Notes: generated by a model not told the origin, from the letters alone. A stretch of 64,000 nucleotides of DNA from Eledone cirrhosa (GCA_964016885.1 OZ024741.1:367970001-368034000), one strand, 5' to 3'. Shown: positions 52,326-64,000, counted from the first letter of the stretch. Program-made: numbers and translations.

Positions 52326-52966
52326 ATTATTTACCTGTAACAATTATTTCCCTGTAACAATTATTTACCAACATCATGTCTGCAACATCTCCATTCTGAA
52401 ATGGTAAACAAATTTAAAATACAGTTAAAACTTTATGGAAGACTAAAGACACAATAAAAAATTATTAGTAACAAAGATACAACGCGCAATGACTAAAAAA
52501 TATTTTGCTTGACCTTTACACACTGATACATATATACTACACACTAAATAATATAGGAATACAACTAGAGCTTATAAGTTTAATAATACTTATTAATTGA
52601 AGTAACAACAATTATAAGATTAACATTAATAAAATATATTATGAAAAAACAATACAAAAATTATGGAAGCTTAATTCAGTAATAAATACATCAAAAACCA
52701 AGAGAAGATCTAGTTATTAAAAACTTAAACCATATTAACAGAAGTGAAAAAATTATTTTTTGCATAAAAAGTTGTGTAAATTAAATTAACACATTCAAAT
52801 AAATAAATAAATGTATATATATATATATATATATATATACAGATATACTGGGTGTGTGTGTAGTGTGTATATATATATAGGAAAATGTTCAAGACCCCCG
52901 ACGGCAGAGCTCAAATCGTTTCGACGGCTATTTCTGAACTGGTTATGATCCATCTGGTTCCCCCCG

Positions 52967-53029
<63 letters not shown>

Positions 53030-53043
53030 CACACACACCCAGT

Positions 53044-53225
53044 ATCTTAGTCTTAGTTTTAGATTCTTCCGCGCTGTTCGGTGCATCGAGCAGTAGGTAC
53101 TCGCCAACGGTTACGATCAGCGGCAACTTTTCCGAGACTGTGCCAGGTGATGTTGGCTGCCATCAGGTCCTTCCGGAACGTTCGTCGCCAGGCGGAGTCC
53201 AGTTCACCGCTGTTTTTGAATGCCG
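53044..53225 (-). mobile_element. Short RTE LINE 3' end
   Basis: The minus strand reads AWRRTFRKDLMAANITWHSLGKVAADRNRWR...RC....GRI* followed by a (CTAAGA)-like tail. CpG-rich, with a candidate TSD ACCCAGTAT. Confidence 0.8.
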
Positions 53226-53634
53226 TATATCTATTTATATCATTGATATATAAGTCTGTATTCGAACCCAGTATATCTGTATTTATATCATTGATATATA
53301 AATCTGTAACAACCTACTGAGGTTGGTGTTTTGGTTTTATTTACTTCCCCCTTACTCTTTCCTCACCTCCTCCTTATCACTGTTGCATGGCAACAGTATT
53401 CCTTTCTCTTAAAGATTTATTTTGCACTTGTTTCCAAAAGTTTGTTATTTCCATGCTAATATATAACAACAGCTACAGCTACTAACATATAACAACAGCT
53501 ATTAACACTTTTTATTCATTCATTATACACCATATATTATATACCATGCATTATTCACCATACATTTTACATTCATACATTATACATCATATACTGAGTT
53601 CTTTCTTCAGTTAATGTTTGTTGCTTAATTTAGA

Positions 53635-54165
53635 GTTTATTTTTGACTGGTCATTTTCCCAGTGGCAAGGTTTCCCAGAAAAGGAAATTTTCATTGTCAC
53701 TTGTGCAATCATTCATCCTTTGAATTGTAAAATGTAAAATTGTTTTACAGATTTTTAAAGTTTCAGATATCACAGCCATTTATAACTTATGATTTAAAGA
53801 GATACATTCTTTCACTATAAGTCCAAATTCAGTCATACTTTGGTCAAGACGAATTGGAGTATATCCTGTTGTTCCAATAATAATCAGTATGAAACTGACT
53901 GTATATTTTGGATACTGGATTTACAAACTCCTTATCAATAGTCCAAAGATATTCTCCATCTCTTGTATTATTCTTACTACATTAATAGCAAGTTGGCAGC
54001 TAACTTCAAATAACAATATCTCAAATAACAATATCAGGCCAGCTGTGCTTTAGTTTAGTGGCAGCTTTTACTTTTTTGATCCACCAATATTGCTCCTTAT
54101 TTGTTGTTATTTTCATCTTCCATAATGCATTCCAGATTGTTCTGGCTTCCTCATTATCCCTCGCC
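53635..54165 (-). mobile_element. R4/Dong-like REL retrotransposon 3' remnant
   Basis: Degenerate ARTIWNAL...YWW..VK.ATKLKH..PDIVI...EVSC....N......EN.FG.LIR.L..QYPKY...I.IIIG.TG and KICKT.L.F, which is REL domain architecture. Confidence 0.65.
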
Positions 54166-54967
54166 ACTCCATCTATGTATGTATGTGTGTGTGTATATGT
54201 ATATGTGATATACATATACATGTGTGTATGTATATATGTTCTCTTGCCTCAAGTGGGAAAACCCCCGTCCAAACCCATGCAAGCGTGGAACACGGACGCT
54301 AAACCTGATGATGATGATGATGATGTTTGTATACACACCAAGACCTTTACATACTTTAAGCATATTATGTCACAAGATTATCTCTCATTTCCTGCTCCAT
54401 TAAACCAAATTAGATTTTGTGATGAAATGTCAAACTATATATTGTTTGAGGTTTAATTATTATACCAACATTCACTGCCTCACCTCCATTTATTAGAATG
54501 AACATTTGAATGGAATTAATGGTGAAAAAACTTAACCCCTTAACCACACTATATTTCTAATTAAACAATACATTAGATATCTCAATTAGTTTGAAAACAA
54601 TCAAGGATTTTGAATATAGTAAAATAACTTTTCCGTTGTTTAAGTTGGTGTTTGGAATATAACTTACCATAGCCTCACATAATATAACATGATGTCCTTA
54701 TAAAAACATAAGTGCAGACATGGCTGTGTGGTTAAGGAGTTTGCTTTGCAGCCACATAGTTTTAGGTTCAGACCCATTGCATGGCAGCTTGGGTTTACCA
54801 ATGCTTTGTGATTGAATTTGGTAGGTGGAAACTACAGAAGCCTATCAGATGTATGTGTGTCTGTGTCTATGGCCTGTAACTCAGCAGTTTGACAAAAAGC
54901 AATCAGTGAAATAAATACCAGGCTATAAAAAATAAGTTTTGGCATTGATATGATTGATTAAATCCCA

Positions 54968-55196
54968 TTAATCCTTTAGCATTTACATTACTCTATATTT
55001 ATTATTGTATTTTTGTGGTAAAGGCTTTACTTCACAAAGTTATCTCACATAATATTAAATCTATGAGATTTTGATATTATTTATTTTGAGAACAATACCT
55101 TAACATCATTATGAGTGGCTAGTTATGGATAGTTTGAAAAGAAAGAGGTGAGAGAATTCTGGCCAGATATGGCCGGTTTAAATGCAAGAGGGTTAA
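54968..55196 (-). mobile_element. piggyBac-type MITE family 1 copy
   Basis: TTAA-flanked, slightly degenerate TIRs, same internal sequence. Confidence 0.85.
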
Positions 55197-55377
55197 AGTG
55201 TTGCGATAGTATGTCTGCAGCCTAGTGACTGAAACTAATAACAAAATAAAAGAACATAAATAATTTTATTTTGAAATAAAAGAAATTTACAATTCATAAA
55301 TATTTACATATTAAAAAAGGGAGAAAAAAAATTATAAACGAATTATCATGGAAAGTTTTAATTTAAATATGAATACA

Positions 55378-55590
55378 TTAACCCTTTAGCATTTAAACCG
55401 GCCATATCTGGCCAGAATTCTCTCACCATTTTCTGTTCAAACCGGCTGTAACCAGCTGCTCATACTTATGTTAAGGTATGGTTCTCAAAATAAATAATAT
55501 CAAAATCTCATAGATTCGATATTATGTGAAATGTGTTTACTATGAAAATACAATAGTAAATATAAAGTAATGTAAAGGCTAAAGGGTTAA
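55378..55590 (+). mobile_element. piggyBac-type MITE family 1 copy
   Basis: TTAA-flanked, TIRs present, inverted relative to the copy at 54968. Confidence 0.88.
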
Positions 55591-55834
55591 AGCAAGTTTT
55601 ATATCCTCGACTCAGGAGCCGTATCAAGTGGATTGGTGTGAAATTGGTTAAATTCAATTCTATTCATCTGGGTGGTTGTTCATATTTCTTCTGGGACCAC
55701 GGGGCAGAGAAGCAGAGCAGGCAAACTGGAAAGGAGGGAGCTGATAAATTTTCACAGGGTGGTTCCTGCCGCTACCATCCATTGGTCACGGCATACATTT
55801 GCATATAAACTTAAATCTTATGCTTACAAGGCTC

Positions 55835-55904
<70 letters not shown>

Positions 55905-56120
55905 GCATTAGGAAAAACTTAGCAAGAAGAGATAAGATTTGAAGAAAGATTTATTATATCATATTCCCTAACACATGTTTCAACGCTGTTACGCAATCAT
56001 CTAGGAGTGCCGAATTGGAGTGTCCCTTCTGTTATTTTACCTTTTGTTTGCATATTCAATCCATACAAATACTAATTAACCAGCATAAGGGGAAACCTCC
56101 ATATCTTCTGATATATATAT

Positions 56121-56420
56121 ATGCGAGGGTAAGTCAAAAATTATCCACACTTTTGCCATAACATATCTTTAGATTTGTCATACTGCCTTCTGCTCATGCA
56201 TAGTTATAGTTGGTACTATTGTGGTCACGTTGTCAAAGTTTGAGTTTGATCGCACTAGTTTTTTGCTGCTGTTACAGTGTAAAAATAGCTGCTCCACTAG
56301 CAGTGTGCACCAAGGAGGATCAAAGAGCAGTGATCTGATTTCTCTGGTCAGAAGGTGTCTAAGGGGCTGAAATTCATTGGAGGCTTTTAACACAATATGG
56401 CGACAGTGCACTACCACAAT
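56121..56420 (+). mobile_element. Tc1/mariner left end (TIR plus decayed transposase N-terminus)
   Basis: Starts at a TA tract with (T)GCGAGGGTAAGTCAAAAATTATCC. 56284-56419 reads AAPLAVCTKEDQRAVI*FLWSEGV*GAEIHWRLLTQYGDSALP (mariner HTH). Confidence 0.8.
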
Positions 56421-57699
56421 TCATCACTATAGACAATGGCATTTGTTTATTTCCCACTTGAACATTTTTGAATCAGCAGTTCAATGTGTGTTTATCCATG
56501 CTTTACTTTTAAAAAAATAAACCAGTATAAACCAGTATTTACGTCTGTAAGAGCAACCAGTTGCTGGCCTCAAAAAGTCTTGTCCAGCACATGCTATTAT
56601 TTAAAAAGCATATATAAACTGATCAGGATAAGGAATCCATGTAGTTAATGCTAATTTTAGTCTCCTGAATTGTATTTTCATGCACAATGGAGGTTGGGGA
56701 AAAACTGAGGAACTGCTCCAGGCAACCATGAACTTCAGCTATACTGCTGCTAAGCTTGTAAGGTGGAAAGCTGATGCAAGTACAATTAAAATAGCAATAT
56801 GGGTTGTGGCTGTGAAATTATGAGTAGCGTGAAATCTGAAACTGTCCCATAAATCAAGAAACATTCCTGTATTTTAATTAGAATAAACATATAAATAATA
56901 ACACAACCTCTTCTCTTCAAAAGTAACAAGGAAAAAATATAAATTTAAAAGATGCCACCACCACTACTTTCATGTAGAAATAAATTTAAAAAATAGTATT
57001 TAAATGTAATTTTAACTTCACTTTTTTTTTCACTTTTATTTTTTCAATCTACAAATGATTTAAAGTTAATCGTTTTTTTAATTGATGATGAAATCAATAT
57101 TGTTACTGAATAGATTCTCAGTCTTCAGCTGTTTTCAAGATATAGTTTACTATACAGCTATTTCTGATTTTATTTTTTCAGTTTACTTCTAGTATTTTAA
57201 AATGGGTTTGTTAATTCAAACGTTTGTAGTGTCTTTACTAGGGAAGAGATCATTGTGAAAATTTACAGTGTAAGAGTGTAAGACTTAAAATTTTAAGTGC
57301 TGTTTTGTACTTTTCAAGAATGTCTTGTTTATAGTTTCATGCAACACAGGACTTTGAGCTAAATATCTTGGCAAAAATTAAGTATTAGCTTTCTTTGCAG
57401 CATTACTTGGTGACAGCACACAGGCTTTATTCATTAAGAAAGTCTATTTAACATTTTTTATATCGAACTGCCTAAAACCACCCAATACGAAACTGTTTGT
57501 TTTAAAGTGGTTATATTTGTCTAAAAATCTTCATCATAATTTTGCGTAAAATCTTAATACCAGCTTATTAATGAGAAATATTACGAAATCCCTCCAATTT
57601 CTTTAATATTTTTTTAAATGACTTGAAAATCAATGGCAGTGTCTTTCATTAGAATATTGCAACAAAAGGGTTAATTATCTCATCAAAAATATATATATA

Positions 57700-58044
57700 T
57701 CATCATTCATCATCATTTCATTTTACGTCCACTTTTCCCTGCTTGCAAGGGTGGGACGGGAACTGATTCTGGCTTGATTTCTACAGCTGGATGCCCTTCC
57801 TAACACCAACCTCATTTACAGTGAGTGCTGGGTGCTTTTTTGCCGTGGCACCTCCACGACCACTTTGCAGTGGAATGATAGGGACTGGGGTCCCTATCAT
57901 CTCATTTCTACAACTGAGTAAACTGGAGCAATGTGAAATAAAGTGCCTTGCTCAAGGAAACAACACATCACCCGGTCTGAGAATTGAACTCATAACCTTT
58001 CGATTGCAAGGCCAATGCTCTAACCACTAAGCTATGTGCCTCCA
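57700..58044 (-). mobile_element. SINE family B: tRNA head, CORE-like domain and RTE-derived tail
   Basis: Minus strand TAGCTTAGTGGTTAGAGC...GAGTTCAATTC (A/B boxes), then CCTTGAGCAAGGCACTT..TGCTCCAGT.TACTCAG, then GGTGTTAGGAAGGGCATCCAGC and (GAT)n as in the RTE 3' UTR at 37050-37206. Confidence 0.85.
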
Positions 58045-58311
58045 TATATATACTTATATTTTTTTTTTTTTGTAAACATTGCCTGGTTTATTCATTAATG
58101 ATGATATTCAATTCAAAACCCTTCTGGACTTAATTTTGAAACTTAAACCTGTTTAACGTAGATTAATTTATGTCCAGTATTGATTTGATAATTTGGCATA
58201 GTCAGATTTGTAGAAGAGAATTGTGTTGTAGCATGAATGTCTTTCTAAAGTATTAACAATGTAAATGAAATGAAGTAGCTTCTTTCAACCAACTGTGAAT
58301 TGGCAAAGTCA

Positions 58312-58521
58312 TTAACCCTTTAACATTTACATTAATCTATATTTACTATTATATTTTCACGGTAAAGGCTTTATCTGACATAATTATCTCACATAATATC
58401 GAAGCTATGAAATTTTGATATTATTTATTTTGAGAACAATACATTAACATCAGCTGGTTTGAACAGAAAGAGGTGAGAGAATTCTGGTTGGATATGGCCG
58501 GTTTAAAAGCTAAAGGGTTAA
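58312..58521 (-). mobile_element. piggyBac-type MITE family 1 copy
   Basis: TTAA-flanked, TIRs present, small internal deletion. Confidence 0.85.
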
Positions 58522-58733
58522 AGCATAGAAGAAAAATATTTGTCTCAGTTTTTTTCACTCTGAGTTCAAATCTTGATGTTAACTTGGATGGGAGAGGGTT
58601 GATAAAATAAAGCATCAATTCAGAATGATGGGTTTACCAATGTTAGAGCACCAAACAAGATGCTTAACAAATCCTGGCTTTTTAAAAACAGTATAGTATG
58701 ATCTGAAGGAAATCTAGTTTCTGTTTTTACCAG

Positions 58734-58918
58734 ATTGAGTGACCACATATACTTTATAGTAGAATTAGCAGTTGTTCAAGACTGAAGAATTTTTCTGGCT
58801 CTCAAGTAGAAAGCCAGTTATCATTACATGAAGACTGGCTTTCTACTTGAGAGCCAGAAAAGTTCTTCAGTCTTGAACAACTGCTAATTCTACTATAAAG
58901 TTTATGTGGTCACTCAAT
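58734..58918. repeat. 185-bp near-perfect palindrome
   Basis: 91-bp arms, 3-nt spacer (58825-58827), few mismatches. Confidence 0.93.
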
Positions 58919-59707
58919 GTTTATATGAAAACTTGTGTGTATATGTGATCCCATAATTCCATCAATGACATGTGGCTTTTCTTGGGCACTTTAAACCTAG
59001 TGGGGCCCATCCCTCTCCAGGTCTGAACACAGCTTATTTCTTCCAGAGAAGGCAAGAAAGAGAGATAGTTAGAGGGCAAGTGAGAAACAGACATAGAAGA
59101 AAGATTGACCCCCCCCCCCCCCCCCCCCAATACTGAACTGGTAACCTTGAAAGGATAAAAGACAAATCTAACCTCAATGGGATTTGAACTCAGACTACAG
59201 AGAACCTGAACCAACCATTCTATCTGATGTAATTTGAAAAATTACAATAATAGAAATGATTGGCATAAATATTATGAAAGATAATATAGTGAGAATATTA
59301 ATCTGTATTTGGTGTATGTGTGTGTGGGGGGGGGGGGGATACAGAACACAACGTAGAACAACAAAGCAAACAGCTTCTAAATAGTGGCCAGTTTGCTTAG
59401 ATTGCTTTGGTATTAACTAATCAGTTTATATCAGCTGTCTCAGAAGACATTGCCAAGATCATCAAAGATGGCGGCAGGTTTAGATTGCCATAAGTAGGAA
59501 AAATAACCACCAGAATGTAAACATATATAGATTATAACAAATAAATTAGATTTGTTCCAAACTGCTTATAGAAATATGCTGCAGGCATGGCTATGTGTTT
59601 AAGGAATTTGCTTCACAACCACATGGTTTCAGGTTCAGTCCTACTGTGCGGCACATTGACCAATACTCTGTGATAAAAATTAGGTTCACAAAAACTGTAT
59701 AGAAGCT

Positions 59708-59738
<31 letters not shown>

Positions 59739-59746
<8 letters not shown>

Positions 59747-59960
59747 TAACAGATTAAAGTTTAATCAAAGAATCGCTGCTTTCACTCTTAACGGGATCTT
59801 CTGAGTTTCAGAAGATCCCGTTAAGGGTGAAAGCAGCGATTCTTTGCTTAAATTTTAATCTGTTATTTTAATAAATATTTGCTCTACGATTTTTATATAT
59901 ATTTATATATAATCCATATCGAGCCCTCTTCGGATTTTAGTTTTCACATTTTTTATTATT
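59739..59960. repeat. Palindromic element plus tail (family copy 2)
   Basis: Arms ~59739-59804 / 59808-59873; same tail as 50765-50850; preceded by (TA)n. Confidence 0.92.
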
Positions 59961-59967
59961 ACTATAT

Positions 59968-60350
59968 ATCATCATCATCATTTCATTTTACGTCCACTTT
60001 TCCCTGCTTGCAAGGGTGGGACGGGAACTGATTCTGGCTTGATTTCTACAGCTGGATGCCCTTCCTAACACCAACCTCATTAACAGTGTGTGCTGGGTGC
60101 TTTTTTACCGTGGCGCCTACACGACCACTTTACAGTGTGGGCTGGGTGCTTTTTTGCCGTAGCACCTCCACGACCACTTTGCAGTGGAATGATAGGGATC
60201 CCAGTCCCTATCATCTCATTTCTACAGCTGAGTAAACTGGAGCAATGTGAAATAAAGTGCCTTGCTCAAGGAAACAACACATCACCCGGTCTGAGAATTG
60301 TACTCACAACCTTTCGATTGCAAGGCCAATGCTCTAACCACTAAGCCAGA
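59968..60350 (-). mobile_element. SINE family B copy
   Basis: Highly similar to 57700-58044, with an extra internal ~48-bp repeat. Partial relatives at ~18040-18210, 20715-20845, 21230-21440, 26985-27245 and 54240-54325. Confidence 0.85.
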
Positions 60351-62154
60351 AAGCTCTAACCACTAAGCTGAGAATATATATATATATATATGTGTGCGTG
60401 TGTGTGGGAGGTAGTGGTGCTCTGACATGCTATGTCAGAGCATCATTACCTCTCATTAATTAGAGCCTGCCAGCTTTTGCTCTGTATACAAATGAGCTTC
60501 ATCAACCAATGTTAATAAGCATAAAAACTATAAGCTTTTAGCTTAGTTTTGTCTTAGCATCCAAGAGGAGTTAGCTCCTCTGACAATGGTTAAAGAACCA
60601 GAAACAGTACCATCAGAGTGCTCTCTTTTGGTTTCTAAGATAGTGGAGGATAAATCAGCACTTCTAAAATTCATAGTGAGGCTACTAAAATGTGTATTTA
60701 TATGAACAGTTCACATATGATGCAATATACAATACCAGTCACATACAAATGTGTGTGTGTGTGTGTGTCTGTCTGTTCATGTCCTGTAATTTAGCAGTTT
60801 GACAAAAATAGATCAAAAAGTACCTGACTTGAAAAAAGTACTGGGGTCTATATGATCAACTTCATCCCTTCAAAGTGGTACCCCAGCATGGCCACAGCCT
60901 AATGAGTGAAACCAGTAAAAGAACAAAATAATAAACATTCTTGTGATAGGAGAGTTTCTAGAAACTCTCCTAAGTTCAAACTGCCTATAAGGAATGAAGA
61001 ATTTAGCATCTGGGTATCTTATCTCTTCCTCTAAGAGTGAGGAAGAAAGATAACGTACCATTGATACAGTTGCAAACTAGCTTGACACCTTTTTGCAACT
61101 TGCAGTCAAAACACCACCACCACACACACACACACACACACACTCTCTCTCTCTCTCTCTCTCTCTCTCGTAAAATAGAAGTAGACATCAAATTCTTGAC
61201 CCAAATTTGCATTCTAATTGTAATCCTCTCACATCACTGATGTTAATAAAAGTACATTTATTGCTGCTATCATATTACCTTATCACCATAGTTACCTTTG
61301 ATGTTATCTGTCACTATAATTACCTTTCAAATTAGCTGTCATAGTAATTGAACACATTAGATTATGTGTACCTGATGAAAGCCAACAAGAGACTGATGCA
61401 ATATACTGCCTTGAAAGATGCTCCTAAATATTTTACTAAAATGGAGATCATTATTATCATCATCACCATCATCATATTCATCATTCAACATCTATTTTCC
61501 CTGCTAGCTAGAATTTGATGGATTATCACAGACCGAGTCAGTACTCAAGTGGAGCTCCTGACCTTTCAGATGTGCCAGAGGCCCACATCTCACTTGCAAA
61601 ACATTTATATGCTCTACCAAGTTCATTTTATCATTGCACCAGCACTAGGGGGACTGTCATGTCTTTGACACAGCTGAATAATCCTTCCAATCCTTTGTTT
61701 GGTAGGTTTTCTATATGTCTTTCTTATCACAAACCATCTTACAGAGTGTACTGGGTGTGTTTATCATGTAGATGGCCAACACTAGAGAGGTTGACTTATC
61801 GATCCTTTGAGATATCTTTTCCTATCAGTTTTTTATGTGTAGACACAATGACAGTGAAGTTCAATTGGATAAACTGTTGACTTGATGCTCATTTATCAAT
61901 TGAACTAAACCCTGATCAAAGGATATATCTTTGATGTACTTGGGTCTGTGTTCCCCCAGAAATATTTGAGCTGCCTCCAACCAGTAAATCCACATCATGA
62001 TGAACAAAAGTCAACTATATCCAACAATTACAGGTTACAGATCAGTAGACGGAAATATATTGGGCAAGTCACCCAAATATATGTATATTATATCCTCTAG
62101 CCTCCATCATTACTACTATTTTAATAGCTATTGCCCTGTGCTTCCTCAGATGGA

Positions 62155-62310
62155 TAAATCTTCTCCAACACTGCTTGTTGCCAATCATTGTCATCCTTTG
62201 CCATCTGTTACATAAAGTCAATTTTCATTACTTTGTCCTTTATTTTCATAAATCTCCTTCCAAAGCTTCCATCCACTTTAATTGCTGTGCACTTCTTTAT
62301 ACTGCTGTCA
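62155..62310 (-). mobile_element. Old RTE C-terminal remnant
   Basis: Minus-strand DSSIKKCTAIKVDGSFGR...W..AVLEK resembles the C-terminus of the 35789 element (DDSCIKKCRAIKIDG...SVIEK). Confidence 0.55.
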
Positions 62311-62689
62311 ATTAATAAATTATATTATGCTATTTGAATTATTTTATAACTTCCAAGCCCCAATTCCTTGAATGTGATAAATACATGCTCTCCTCTTTAT
62401 TATTTCATTTGGTTAGCATATTGCGGCCTTTGCTTCCAACCAGTAAATTGTAAATTATGTTATGCTATGTTTTATTCTATAAGTTATGCAAACATTTCAG
62501 AGTTGTACTTGCATGATACGTGACATGATTTGAGTTTGGGTGCAGAATCTAAAGCAATTACATCACAGGAGAGTAATTTTAATGAAGGTGTGTGGCCTAG
62601 TTGTTAGAGTGTTGGACATACAATCATAATGGTGTGGGTTTGATTCATAGATTGGATTGTGCATTGTGTTCTTGTTCAAATACACACAT

Positions 62690-62797
62690 GTACTTCCCTG
62701 ACATTTGTGTATTATTCTATGTACTATACGTACACCTTTGACGAGTTGTAGTGCACCTGAGCACTTTACACAATAATTTCATTATTATTATTATTAT
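62690..62797 (+). mobile_element. Short 3' UTR-only copy of the CR1 family
   Basis: Matches 52253-52325 (acttccctg.catttgt...gttgtagtgc.cctgagca) and ends in (ATT)n. Confidence 0.7.
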
Positions 62798-63339
62798 AAA
62801 ACACTAAAGTACCAGTAATGCACTGGGTAATTGCTGGCCTTGTGCCTAAAGTAGAAACAATTATTATAAAACACTTCATTTCATGCTGCTCCAGTATACT
62901 CAGCTGAAAACGAGTACCAGCAGTAGGTTTAACCTTGTGACAGACTGGCGTCCTGTCTAGTGGGAATTCCTGTACTCTCAATCAGTTAATGCCAAAGAAA
63001 CTGGCTTAATGAGCTTCCAGGCTTGAGACAGACTTTAGACGTTTTTTTAGAGTAATTTCAGCCATTCAGATACACACAAAAACTATTAAATTTACTTTAC
63101 ATTTACCATTTCTTGGTGTGAAAACTTTTGTTGTCCTGTTTGTGATTTGGCACCTGGCCACTGATGCTGTTTCACACAGAGTAATGAAAATTTTGTTACT
63201 AAGAAATAAATGATAAATTTAAAGCAAATCTAAGAGTTTTTGTATGTGTTTTGAATGGTTAAAATAATTCTTCCATGATATATATAAACATGTTTTCCTG
63301 TTAATTGTTCATTATCTATAATATTCTTTTAATTTTCAG

Positions 63340-63433
63340 ATTTTTCATCCTCAAAGATGGTTACTTATTATATTATCCAGAGAATGAAAAGAAAGAGATT
63401 GATAAGCGACAACACCTAAACATACATCCAAAG
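63340..63433 (+). CDS. PLEKHD1: Internal coding exon of a PH-domain protein, PLEKHD1-like
   Basis: Bounded by the acceptor ttttaattttcag and the donor AAG|gtaaac; 94 bp, phase 2 to 0. It translates as (R)FFILKDGYLLYYPENEKKEIDKRQHLNIHPK, closely matching vertebrate PLEKHD1 [32 protein letters not shown] as I recall it. Confidence 0.9.
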
Positions 63434-63800
63434 GTAAACTATTCATTCTGAGATAGTCTCAATAACCTTCTGCATAAAGATAAGCTAGTTTTGTTAGTTA
63501 CTATTATTGATACTAATCAACATTAATTACATAATCATTGTTAAACACTTTTCTTCTAGTTTCTATTTAAGTGTAACCTCACACTAATGGTTCTTTAACC
63601 CCCCACCCCCACCCACACACACACACACACAGAGTGGTTGACACTAGAAAGAGCATCCTCCACCTACTTAAGTAACATGTAGCCTGATGTTTGTTCTATC
63701 AGCTTATTCTTGTCCTTGCATCCTCAGCTGGGCTAAGAACACACCAAGCGTTCGAATGCGTTTGCACTGGTAACATGATAAAACACATTCAATACACTCT

Positions 63801-64000
63801 TTAACCCTTTAGCATTTACATTACTCTATATTTACTATTGTATTTTCATGGTAAAGACTTTACCTCACATACTTATCCCACATATCGAATCTACGAGATT
63901 TTGATATTATTTATTTTTAGAACAATATCATAACATAAGTATGAGCAGCCGGTTACAGCTGATTTGAAAAGAAAGAGGTGAGAAAATTCTGGCTGGATAT
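63801..64000 (-). mobile_element. piggyBac-type MITE family 1 copy (runs off the window)
   Basis: TTAACCCTTTAGCATTTACATTACTC start and family internal sequence. Confidence 0.85.

Overview
Eukaryotic, AT-rich, microsatellite-saturated animal DNA. The repeat landscape suggests a coleoid cephalopod (Octopus-like); this is inference. There are no prokaryotic features. Only one host coding exon is well supported: 63340-63433 (+), a PH-domain exon matching PLEKHD1, so much of the window may be upstream or intronic DNA of that gene. The rest is repeats: (1) fragments of non-LTR retrotransposons from many clades (L1/Tx1, several RTE, CR1, CRE x3, HERO-like, R4/Dong-like); (2) two tRNA-derived SINE families, one sharing its 3' tail with an RTE LINE in the same window; (3) two TTAA-flanked piggyBac-type MITE families; (4) a mariner remnant; (5) a ~5.8 kb TG-rich satellite and several minisatellites. 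The most interesting signal is a set of mutually unrelated non-coding elements between (TA)n tracts. They carry type I hammerhead ribozyme motifs and/or form long fold-back palindromes, are stacked at hotspots (5.8-7.0, 9.6-11.8 and 50.4-50.9 kb), and resemble Penelope-like pLTR/retrozyme remnants. All coordinates and alignments were read by eye.
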